Source: Phaeosaccion multiseriatum
Taxonomy: Eukaryota > Protista > Ochrophyta, other classes
NCBI GenBank assembly: GCA_965112735.1
Contig: OZ218956.1
Location: 310,001-374,000 of the forward strand
DNA: 64,000 nt
Direction of reading: 5' to 3'
Shown here: piece by piece, positions 1 to 11,217 of the stretch
How the letters are laid out: each line of letters begins with the position of its first letter
Position numbering within the stretch: the stretch's first letter is position 1
Notes under the pieces: model-generated
Seen by the model: the letters and a program-made list of their open reading frames with translations, nothing else
Database searches by the model: none
What the model was told of the DNA's origin: nothing
Position numbers and translations under genes: made by a program

Positions 1-1
1 G

Positions 2-272
2 AGGAAGGGATACATACGTCGCTGCATACGGGAGAGGCGCGTCTTCAGGAAGTTCTTCAGGAAGTTTGTATGCACCCCGCCCCTTCTCACCTCTGTTGTC
101 CTGCTGTCGTGTATGTGTGTGTGTGTGTGTGTGTGCGTGCGTGTGTCAGTTCAAGACGATGGCGCACTCCATCCCTGTGGGCGCCGCTTCGAGGGAAATC
201 TTCGTGCTCGGCTTCGCTCTTCTGCAGCTGTTGGTGATCTGGTGGTTGGGCTACACAGGGGATCTTCAATAG
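2..272 (+). CDS. 3' end of a gene entering from the left; C-terminal transmembrane segment, function unknown
   Basis: Frame RKGYIRRCIRERRVFRKFFRKF joins in phase across a GT-AG intron (68-149, TG-repeat rich) to FKTMAHSIPV...IFVLGFALLQLLVIWWLGYTGDLQ*. Confidence 0.55.
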   Translation, partial: GRDTYVAAYGRGASSGSSSGSLYAPRPFSPLLSCCRVCVCVCVCACVCQFKTMAHSIPVGAASREIFVLGFALLQLLVIWWLGYTGDLQ

Positions 273-1664
273 CGTAGCATACCTCACTTTCGAGGGGCTG
301 AGAGGGACTCCGGGGCGTGGTGTTTGCTGACTTCCTCTTCATGACAAGGTGGGCGGGGTGGGCGGTCGTATGGGTGCGGTCTGGGGGCTTGCTTGGAGGA
401 GAGAGACAAGAGAGAATACATGCCAAAAGGTCAGGTCCATCTCTTGTGTCTGGGCACTGGGTGCACTGTATAGCAGCTGTTCGTCTCGAGCTGCGCACGA
501 GCCCGCCCCAGGCACAGCACAGCATTGCCGTGGTGCCAACCGCAGCAGGAGTAGCTGCAGCCGGACAAGCAGTGGCAGTGGCAGGAGCAGCAGTTGGTGA
601 TATAGAAGCATTGGGGGGGGGGGGGGGCGTGCGAAGGAAGCCCGAGAATGGCCCTGAGAGTGGTCTTGGTACAAAAGCCAGCTGCGAGTCCTCGCAAAGG
701 CAAGTATGGCCGGGGCGAGCCTGCCCCTCTCTGTGGCACTGAAACGGCGGAGCTAAACAGGCACCAAAGGTAACCACTTCTTTCGCGAGTGGTACAATGG
801 TGGTACTGTGGTGGTACAGGGCAAGCCTAGCGGTAGGACGGAGGGCAACGGTCCAGTGGGGGGCGTGCACAGAAGCGACGGATGAAGAAGCTGGACCGGG
901 GTGTCCGGACTTGGAAGGGCGCCGAACGTCTTCGATGGGTGGGCAGTGGGTGGGTAGCCCTCCTTCCTTTCTTCCTTCCAGCAGCGGAACAGGGCAAGGC
1001 GAGCTTTGGGCGGGCTGCATGGGGCGTTCTTCTTTTCCACCGTACAGTAGGGACCCTGGAGCCGCTGCAGAGTCGGCAAAGTGAGTGCGGTGGTAGCGCA
1101 AGGGGCCCTCCCTCCGTCCCTCCCCTGTTCCCGAGAGCCCCGTCGACATGTGCAGGGTTGGCAGCAAGCCGTGTCCCGCTTCTTCGCCTCTCGGCGCCAG
1201 GGGGTGAAGTAAGCTACTGCTTCTTGGCCGCTGCACTGTGGCCTTTGTGGCTGCTGGGGTGAGATGTTGTGTCCTGTGTGTTGACTACGAGCAGGGACCA
1301 CCCCACCTCCACCCCCCCCGGCCAAGGGAAGAAGGGGGCACTCTGGGACTGCGCATGCGTCGCGTCCCTGCCCTTGCCCCGGGGGGTCGGACACGCACGC
1401 ACCTACGCTCTTGCTGGGCGTGCTGTGGACCGCCATGGAGGGGCCATGGAGGGCTCTGGATCAAAACAGACAGTGCGTTTGCGTTCAACACATAGAGACA
1501 GAGGTTGGGAGGCTGACCTCCGCTCAGGAAGAATCGAATATCCTTTCAAGTGTCCTTATCGAGATCTGATAGAGGCCCCGGCCCGACCCTCGGCAAGAGT
1601 TAAGACAAAAGATGGTAGCCGAGTAGCACATTAGCGCCCTACGCCTTGCCCCCTCCTCCTCTCC

Positions 1665-4600
1665 TCATAGGTACACCCTGTTGCTGTCTTGCCCCTCGCA
1701 GCCCTCTCGACCCAGCACCCCTTTGGCCGGCACTGCCTGCCCTGGCGCTGCCTCCCCTGCCACTGCTGCCAGGCTGACGTCGCTGCTGATCGGCGACGGT
1801 GCTGCGGTGTGGCCTTCCCCCTCGGCCTGCTCGTTCACCACCTTGTTGCTTGCCTGTTCCAGGGATTGCCCATCCCCCCTCTCCCCGTCCTCCTCCTCCT
1901 CCTCCTCCTCCTCCTCCTCCTCCTCCTCCTCCTCCTCCTCCTCCTCCTCCTCCTCCTCCTCCTCCTCCTCCTCCTCCTCCTCCTCTTCCCCCTCCTCCAC
2001 CCCCTCCTCCTCCTCCCCCTCGGCCGAGTAGTAGACAACGGACTCTCTCGAAGCCCAGCTCGGCGTTCTCCTCCTCTCAGGCGGGGGAGACAGGCTGAAC
2101 CTCAGCCCACCACTGCTGCTCCTCTCGGGCTGAGGCGACCGCGACCGCGTCTGAGAATATCGAGGTCGATTTCGAGGTTTTATTTTGGTCGCAGTCGAAG
2201 TTGAACTCAAACTCGACCCTCCAGGTGGAGAAGCAGGCGGTTCCCCTGCCGCAGTCACCTCAGCCACAGCGTCATTAAACTCGTCCTCCTCGGCGATGAC
2301 ATGAGCACCACTGACACTGAAACTCAAGTCGAAGTTGTCGTGACCGCTAGTACCGTCTGCTGCCATCCCCTGCCCCTGAGTGGCCATACCCGCGGCCATC
2401 TCCCTCTCGAGCTCCCGAAGGGCCTCTATCGGCACTGGCAGCTTGCTCCCTTCGCCCCCTTCCCCCTTGTGTTCCAAAGCCTCCTCCAGGGCCTCGAGGC
2501 GAGTAGAGAGGGCGGAGTGCCACTGAAGCAGAGCAAGCAGAGCGAGCAGAGCAAACAGACAAATCCGAGAGCAGGAGCGGAGATGAGTGGAGCGACAAGA
2601 GAGGAAGAGCGGAGAAGCCAAAAGTGGGACCGTGGGGACCCACTCCATCACTTTCATCATCAGTGCTTCGCTCGATTGGGGCAGACAGAAGACAGAGAGA
2701 CAGAAAGACACCCAACCACGCACACGCACATGCCCCCACACACACCCACCCACCTGCAGCAGCTGGCCTTTTAACATGCTCATGTGCAGCACATATCCGT
2801 AGTCCTCCACCACTGATGTCACCGCGGGCAGGCTCTCCATGTCCTCGTCCGCGTCGTCGCCAGCCGTCCACTGATCCCCATTGCTGTCCGACGACGGCCC
2901 TACCTTTGCCCCTGTGCTGTTTCTTAAAGCCGTTTTGGCTGCGAGGAGCTCTCTCTCTGCGAGGCGCAGCTTTCCCTCCACGCTCCTCCGCTCCTCATGC
3001 CGCCGTGCTGCCGCCCCATTACCGCTCTGAAGTGCCCCTTTCCTCCTCACTTGCTCGGCTCCCCCCTGCCCCTGCCCCTGCTCCTGCTCTTGCTCCTGCC
3101 CATATGACTTGCCCCTCCCTTGCAAGAAGGTCTGAAGAGTCTTCTCCACGAGGCTGAGCTTGCGCATACTCCGGTGCACTTGGCCGTTCACCGCCCCCCC
3201 CTCGGCCTGCAGCAAAGCGCCGTTCTCGTCGGCTCCTCCTCCTCCTCCCCCCTGCCCTATCCTTCCTTCTTCTCCTTCTTGTTGTTGTTGTTGCTGTTGC
3301 TGTTCGCCTTCCACAGCAATACCCCCGCTGCCGCTGCTACCGCTACTCCCCCTGCTGCCCCTGCTTCTTCTCGTTCCCATGCCACGGCTTGCACAGTGCG
3401 CCCCTTTCCCCACGAGCACCTGCAGCTGCTGCACCTGGCCAGAGAGCTCGCGCACCACGCCCTCCAGCCCCACCTTGGCCGTTCGGTGGGCACGAACCTC
3501 CTCGTCCTTCTCCATCGCTTTGTGCTCCAGCTCGATCACCTTGGGGAGGGAGAGGAGGGAGTTGTATGGATAAGGGGATAAGAGGATCAGAGGACCACCA
3601 GAGGACGAAACAAAGTGATAGGGAGTCAAACACACAGGCTCGAGACTATCTCAAGGGAGAAGGACCAGAGGACGAAACAATGTGATAGGTAGTCGAAGAC
3701 AGACTCGGAGCTTTCTTCGTTGATGCTCAGACTCGAAGTATTTTACTTTAGTTTCTAGTTGGGTGGGTCGGCCGGGCAGGCCATGCCCCTCCCGCTCAGG
3801 CGAGCTACTTGCGCTGGATAAGCCTAACCCTCACCCTCGCCCCCGTCCCCGACCTGACACCTACTACTACCCTTCTACCCTGGCACCCTGTCCCATCTAT
3901 ACCCAATTCGATACCCAACTACCCTCCCCTTCCCATCCCATCTACTGACACCTTCTAACTTAGCATCTTTACCTTTCCGTCGAAGAGGTCGGCAAGACGG
4001 TACATTTCGCTGACAATGTCATCCACCTTCTTCTCAGAGAGCTTGTTCTGTGAGGCCAGGGTGAGGGTGAGGGTCAGGGTCAGGTCAGGGTCAGGGTCAG
4101 GGTCAGGGTCAGGTTCAGGGTCAGGGTGAGGGTCAGGGTCAGGATAAGGGCCGGGGCCAGGAGCTCTTGTAGTGTCGCAGTGCTGTCATGACCTTCGGTG
4201 TGAGGTCAGCGTAGTTGCGTGCGTAATACTAACACTACATAGTCATACATACGTAATAATAATAACACAGTACCTTGGCAGTGAGGAGGCGGCACTTCTT
4301 GGCGAGCATCTCCTTCTCCAGCTGGAGCCGCCGGGCGTGCGCCTGGGACTCCTCTGTTTCTTTTCGCAACACTTCCTTGTCTCTGCGGCGTGGGCGTGGT
4401 TGGGGGGGGGGCGCAGGGGGCGCAGGGGGGAGACGTGTTACGTTACAGAGTATTGTAAGAGTGAGGGAGAGGGGAGGCCAAGGCCCCATCTCCCAGTGAC
4501 TTCATTCGTGCTAAGTGTATGCTCACCTCCTCAACCTCCGGATCTCCTGAGGCATCTTGTCTACCGAGGGAAGGGGATCCTCCTTCTCCGCTGCCGCCGC

Positions 4601-5185
4601 CGACTCTCCTTTCCAGTCCTTCAACCGCTCGTAAAACGACCCCTTGGTCGGGAGAAGAGATTGCCACACTCTGGTGCTATTGCCCTGTGTGGGTGGAGAG
4701 AGAAGAGGAAGAGAACGGAAGGGAAGGAAAAGACCTCAGTACTCTCAGTACAGCACTCTTAGAAGATTAGTTGCATCACTCCGCTACTTCGCTGATGCTT
4801 ATTGCGATGAAGAAGCATTCTTACGACGCCTCGACACCCCTCTTCCCCCTCTCAGTGCTCTCGCCCTCACCTTACTGGCCTCGGTCGGGTCATCAGGATT
4901 CGTAGTCTCCGGCGTAGCACTCGACTCGTTGTCGACCACTGCCGCTGGAACTGCTGTCTCTTTCCTCCCTCGCCCACTAGACCTCGGAGACCCGCCAGGC
5001 CGGTACTTGCCACTCTTATTGGGTGGGGGCGGGCAGCCCACGACCAGGTCGAGGTCGTCCAGGACAGGAAAGCCCTCTTCGTCCTCGTCTTGCGGGGCTG
5101 TGTCCTCCTCCACCTCCTCCACCTCAACCACCATCATGGCCCTCTTCCTGCTAGAGGGACTGCGGTACGTAGCCACAGGGGACAT
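1665..5185 (-). CDS. Multi-exon coiled-coil protein with poly-Glu C-terminus, function unknown
   Basis: Exons at about 5185-4871, 4683-4526, 4383-4274, 4047-3973, 3540-2754 and 2522-1665 have GT/AG ends. Heptad-like segments include KEVLRKETEESQAHARRLQLEKEML and VIELEHKAMEKDEEVRAHRTAKVGLEGVVRELSGQVQQLQ. Start codon uncertain. Confidence 0.65.
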
Positions 5186-5726
5186 GTTCCCCACAGCCTC
5201 CGCAAATGCGGCTGTCTCTAACACCTTGTCTCTCCCAAGACCTGATATCAAGACCTATACAGTTTCACCAGTTTCAATTTCAGCTCGTTCCCCCCTCCCC
5301 ATTCTTCTTTTCTTCTCTTTCTCTTCCTTCTCCCTCTACAAGATCACGAAGCAAGGCACCACGCCACACTGGCACCGAATGCATGTGTCTCGCATGACAG
5401 GATGGAGGGCGGCGCTTTGGCCTGATCGTGTTCTCAAAGCCTGGTCGGTAAAAGTACTCGCATGCGCGCTCCATGCCCGCCCGCCCATCCACCCGTATGG
5501 TTTTTTGAATCAATCGAGGCGAAACGGCGGCATCAATCATCCGCAAACAGTTTCAATATATAGCTTGAGGGGGGGGGGGGGGAGAATTGCGTAATCTGGG
5601 TGCTGAGGGGAGACAGAGGAGGAAGAGTTTCGGAGAGCATCGCTAAGCCGCTGCTTGCCTCCTGGTGCCCACACGCCTATCCTCCCCTCCCCTGCCTCCT
5701 TTCACTGGTGACATCCACCGCAGGCC

Positions 5727-7702
5727 TCACACGCTCAGCTCCCCTATCCTCTCTTCCCCCCCTGCCTCTAGTCCCTCCCCGACCCTGTCCTCCTCGCCGC
5801 CTTCACCACCTTTGCCAACCTCCTCCTCATCAAGGGGGGGGCTGAGTTTGGACGACGCAGGCCCATGCGAGTCCCACAGCCAGCAAGAGAGGCAGTCATC
5901 GCAGGCTATGCCGAAGGGGGGCAACACAACTGATCGGAGCGCGGAGCCGAGAAGGAGGATCGTCGTTGCAATGATGTGCGTGACCAAGGCGCTCGCACCC
6001 ACAGACAGCGCCGGGGTGGTCCAGTGATCTAGTAAGTACCACACTCCTCGCCAGTAGGCGACCCCTTTAGGAAGGGGGGGGGGGGACGGCAAACAAGAGG
6101 ACGAGCGTTAGACCGGGTTCTTCGGACGTGTTGCCCCGGCGTGTGTGGGGCTTGACCTGCCTGCGTCTTGACTGGCAGAACGGCAGTAGCTATCAGCTAT
6201 CAGCTATCAGCTATCAGCTATCAGCTATCAGCTATCAGCTATCAGCTATCAGCTATCGTGTCGCTCGGAAGAACTCACCGACCACCCCGAAGAAGCCCGT
6301 CTTAAGTCTCTCCGTGGCTTGCAGCCGCCGCTCGCTCCACTGGCCACTGATGCACCTCTGAAGAACCCAGGCCCCCAAGCGCTTCTCCATGGCGATGTGG
6401 GGCAGGGCCAGCAGGGTTGCTCCTAGCCAGCACACATAGGCCGAGGCGGCGAAGTCGTCGGGCAGTACGTGTATGTCAAGGAGCGTCCACACGCCACGCC
6501 AGAAGCCCACCACGCCCAGACCTTTGGGAGGGGAGGGAAGGGAGGGAAGGGGGAGGGTGGGGTGAGCTCAAGATGGTGATACAGAAGATGGTGATACAGA
6601 AGATGGTGATGCAGAAGCAGCGAGCGGGAGAGGTGGAGCGAAGGGGGTGGAGTGCACCTATGCTCCTCCTCCTGCCCTCCCTATGAACCACCACCCACTT
6701 GACTCACCCACGACAAGGATCGTGAGGGGCACATCGATGAGGAGGAGCTTCGTCTGCGCCTTGCCCTTGCCGGGCAGCACTTGGGGGGTGACGGAGAAAG
6801 TCACGCTGCTACCCCGGGCCACTCGCCCTTCTGAAACGGCGGTGTGCTCGTCTCTGAGCCGTGCCAGGAAGGCGAGGTCCAGGCGTCGCTGCCGCAAGGC
6901 CTGTCAAGGGGATGGGTGGGGGATTCGCCGGTGCGGGGTGCGGGGAGGCATCGGGCGACTGAGAAAGAGGTGAATTGGGAGCTCGTGATGGCACCGAGAC
7001 AGCTACCCACCAATCTTTCACCCTATTCTACCGAACCCACCTGCCACCAGGAGTTGAACAGAGCCCCCCCCTCCGCGTCCTTCTGCACCACCCCGTCCAG
7101 CATACTCCTCCAAGTCAGCGACCCCAGCAGCAGCACCACCCCGAGCATGGTCGTCACCCACGCTGCGACCTCCAGGCCCAGGGCGGCGGTGTCATCACTT
7201 AGCAGCAGCTCGTCCAACCCGAGCCACACGCCCCGCCAAAAGCTAACCGAGCCCCACCCCGCCGCGTACGTCACCACGCGGCTCAGCCCGCCTCTGCTGC
7301 TCAAGGCCCGCTCCGTGTTCAACCAAGGCTGAGCGATGAAGTATAGAAAAGTAGAGAGGACGCCGATAGCCACGGAGAGGCCCGCCGACACTCGAATGTC
7401 GCCAGGCAAGAGGTATTCATCCTGCAGCAGCCACACTCCTGCAATGGAGTCACGGAGGGAGGGTGAGGACGGTGCGACCTCCCCTTCTTTTCCCCTCAGA
7501 CCTCCATGCTGTTCTATCCCAACCACCCCCGCTGCTCACCTCTCCAGAACGTGACGATGGCGGGACCGAGCACAAGAACTTTAAAGAGAGTGTCCACGAT
7601 GCCGACTCCGCAGCTGCTGTGGTTGACGGCACTCTGTGCTATAACACCCGGTGGCGAAGTGCTGACGCGAGACCCATCCATGGTTTGGGTTGCGCTACAC
7701 AT
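5727..7702 (-). CDS. Fuseless-family multipass membrane protein
   Basis: Four repeats of the Fuseless-type motif in hydrophobic helices across spliced exons: IVTFWRG, VSFWRGVWLGLD, VGFWRGVWTLLD, VAYWRGVWYLLD. Confidence 0.8.
6189..6257. repeat. Intronic 7-mer tandem repeat (AGCTATC)n
   Basis: Directly visible. Confidence 0.9.
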
Positions 7703-8001
7703 CTTTTAGCACCTGACATGACAGGAGACAACCCACGTCTACTCGGGCGCTTCCGTCGTGCGATCCTTGCCTCGCTGTGAGCTATACAATACTGAGACGC
7801 CCTACTATAAAGGAGGGGGAAATGGTCCGTCTTTTGCACCATTTCTGAAGTCAAGGAATTTCGTGGAATTTGGATATCAATTTCGTGGGGCTCGACATTT
7901 TTTTCGTCTTGGCGCGACCACCCCTCCTTTTTTCCTTCAAATCGACTTCCCGCTTCTCTCGTAGTCTCTCTCTCTTTCCATCGATTGTACCTCGCATAGC
8001 C

Positions 8002-8920
8002 ATGCGTTGCTTTGTTTTGCTGGTGCTTTGCAAGCTGGTTCTTCCGGCCAGCGCCTTCGTGCCGTCAGCAGGGGCTTTATCGACTCCTATGGCAGGTGCC
8101 TTCTCGCATTCGAGGACAGGGAGAGCTCCTGCTGCTGCTGCTGCTGCTGCTACTCTCCCTCCCTTGAGCTCGAGGGGGCGAGTCAGTAGCAGCCTCTCCA
8201 ATTGCCGAGAGGTTGGTCGCAGGGTGGGCTCTCTGTCTGCACGCCCTTCTTCCCACATGTCCCCACATGTACTCCACTTGCCTTGCCGCTCTGCTCTCGC
8301 TCCTCCTTCCTCACTGCGCCTTCTACCATTAACTCCCCCCTTCTCTCTGCGTCTAGGTCACGGGCGCAGAGCTGGAGATTGAGCTGGGCGAGTGGGACAC
8401 TCCCGTAAGTAGGGCTTCATTCGCATTATTCCCTGAGGAATGCTTTTGACCCCCGACGCCCCACGCCCCACGCCCCCCGCCGCAGATAATACTCGATGTG
8501 TTCGCCATTTGGTGTGGCCCGTGCAAGCTCATGGAGCCAGAGATGAACAAGGTGAGTGAGGAATGTATCAGCAACAGTCCACCAATGTCCAATCTCCTGA
8601 AGGGATCATGATTAGAACGGTCCAGTCCTGATCTCGGCCCTTGAACCCTTTATCCAGGTTGCCACTGAACTGGAGGGAAAAGTGCGGGTGCTGAAGATGA
8701 ACAGTGACGAAGAGCCGGCTATCAGCTCCGCGCTGCGGGTGCAGGGTCTGCCCTCGCTTCTCTTCCTGAAGGGCGGTGAGTGTTTTGAGGATGGAGGCAG
8801 CCCGACTAGTAGTGGTGTGGGTGGTGGGGTTGTCTCGTGTGACCACAGCCGAGGTGCTGGCTGGGTCGGTGTCATCAGTGAACACAGGAGGCATCGTGCA
8901 TCGGGGAGGGAACGACAGAG

Positions 8921-8954
<34 letters not shown>

Positions 8955-9274
8955 CCACTTCGGTTGGTGGTTGAATGGTCCCCCCTGCCAGGCAGAGTCC
9001 CCTGCCACTCGAGGAGTGCTGCAGGGCTCTCTAACCTACACCTGACCAGTCCCCCCCACCCATAATCCTTCACCTGGCCCCGTTGCGTGTGCCTGGGCTG
9101 CTGGATCACCAACTCGTACCCTCAGGTGGCATTGTGTACCGCATGGAGGGAGCCCTCCCCGCGTCGGACATTCTCAAGATTGCAGACGTTGTCTTCAACG
9201 CGCCCCCTCCAACCCCTCCATCCAACGCGGCCGACGCAGAGTCTCCTGCCGACTCACCCCCAGCAGCGACGTGA
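8002..9274 (+). CDS. Plastid-targeted thioredoxin (TRX z/y-like), 5 exons
   Basis: Signal peptide plus ASAFVP. Exons give VTGAELEIELGEWDTP / IILDVFAIWCGPCKLMEPEMNK / VATELEGKVRVLKMNSDEEPAISSALRVQGLPSLLFLKG / GIVYRMEGALPASDILKIADVVF, with active site WCGPC. Confidence 0.92.
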
Positions 9275-10533
9275 GCCGTGCCTTCGACGGCTCCAAAGGG
9301 CCTTCGTCCCTGCTGCCCGAGCTCTCAGAGGGGAGGTGGGGAGGAGGCTGAGGGAAGACGGGAGGGGTTAGAGCGCAGGAGGTATGGAGGCCTGACCTGG
9401 GCTCGCCTGGGCCGACTCCGTCTGCTCATGCTCATCCTTTGTTACTACTACGACTACCTCTTCTACCACTACTCCTCCTCCTCCCTCCCCTCCTCCCTCC
9501 CCTCCTCCTCCCCCTCCTCCTCCCCCTCCTCCTCCTCCTCCTCCTCCTCCTCCTCCTCCTCCTCCTCCTGCTCCTCCTCCTCCTCCTCCTCCTCCTCCTC
9601 CTCCTCCTCTTCCTCCTCCTCCTCCTCCTCCTCCTCCTCCTTCTCCCCGTCCTCCTCCTTGAGAGAGAAGAGAGAGAGATGAGGGGGTGTCGACTTTGGC
9701 GCTTTACCACTTTGGCCAAGTCAGACAGCAGAGGCGAATGTGGGGCCCCAGCAACGTCCTCACGCCCTCACACGCGGCCCCCCAGGCGTCACCCATTTCA
9801 TTTTGCAGTAACGGGCCAATAGAAGCCCGGCACGCGGGGGCAGGGCAGGGCAGGGCAGGGCAGGGCAGGGCAGGGCAGGGCAGGGCCTCATCTTGGGCTC
9901 TAGCGCTTCTCCTTCAGCAAGGCAGGGACAGAGCGGCCAGACAGGGCGGTCAGAAAGGCAGCGGGCAGCAGCTCATAGGAACGGCTTCCTTGTACCGCCG
10001 TGCATTCATGCCTTGGAGGGCGAAGTAGCACCACCACAGTCAGCCACGGCGTACGTAAAGGGTGTGCGTGTGTACGTGTGTGCGTGTGCTTCTCTCTGCT
10101 GGGCATTGCGAGCAAAGGGAGGCGATTGGGCATTGGCACTGTAACTGTATGTAACTGTGTGGTGTACAGTGCACTTGAGGGCTCAATTCATGGGTTCGTT
10201 GTAAGGCAGGCAGGCAGGTAGACAGGCAGAGGCGTGGCCTCTTCTTTCCAAGGGGGGGAAGGATAAGCAAAACCACAGGTTTCCAAAATACCGAAACCGA
10301 GTAAGTCCTCCTTCTCTATGAACTCTTTTATCTTATGCATGTACTGTACTACTTACACTCGGACTCTTTCTATACTCTATTGTTCCGTCCCCTCCCTCTC
10401 TCTCTCCCACTCTCCCTCTGCTCACAAAGAGAACAAAGCAACACGAGAGAGAGAGAGAGAGATTGAGAGTGAGTGAGTGAGCCTTCCTTCTCAAATCCTC
10501 TTCACTCACAAATGGCTCCTCACAGAGGGCTCC

Positions 10534-11155
10534 TCAGAGGGCCGCTGAGAGGCCGAAGTCGGTGTCCTCAAGCCACGCCAAGAGCCTCTCTGCGCCGATG
10601 CGCCAAGTCGGCCCAAGCATCAGGTCATGGGGAACTCCGGACAGCATCTGCATGTCCTCAGACACACCCAGGAAGGCCGCCGTTTCGCGCACCCCTTCCT
10701 GGTCCACAATGTAGTCCAGCTCGCCTCCCATCACCATGCTGGGGGGGCAGTAGGCAAGCCACTCGGCGCTGGAAGGGGGGGGGGAGGAAGGAGCAGGGTG
10801 GGGTGGAGGGTGTAGTGGTGGAAGAGGGGAGCGAGCGGGGAGGAGGAGGGCAACGACAAGGGGAGGAGTTTCGGGCTGGAAACCGTTGTAGCCTCATGGA
10901 GTGAGGGGGAGAGCAGGGACGCGACGGGAGCGCTGATTTGATTGGGAGGACTGACTGACCGACCGTCCTTGCATGGGACTGACAAAAGTGTTGCCTCTGC
11001 TGGCCTACCTTCCATCCTCGCGCGCCCTCTTGCTGGGCAGCTTTTGCGCGAGATCGACGAGGTCGTAACCGACTTTGCTGTCCGCCCTGTCAGATGCACA
11101 TACACACACATGCACACGAACACACACACAGATACACACACACACACACACACAT

Positions 11156-11217
<62 letters not shown>

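Noticed and set aside
151-1236. 361-aa minus-strand ORF and overlapping ORFs
   Set aside because: No recognisable domain or splice structure; long stop-free frames are expected at this GC content, and the region is probably 3' UTR or intergenic.
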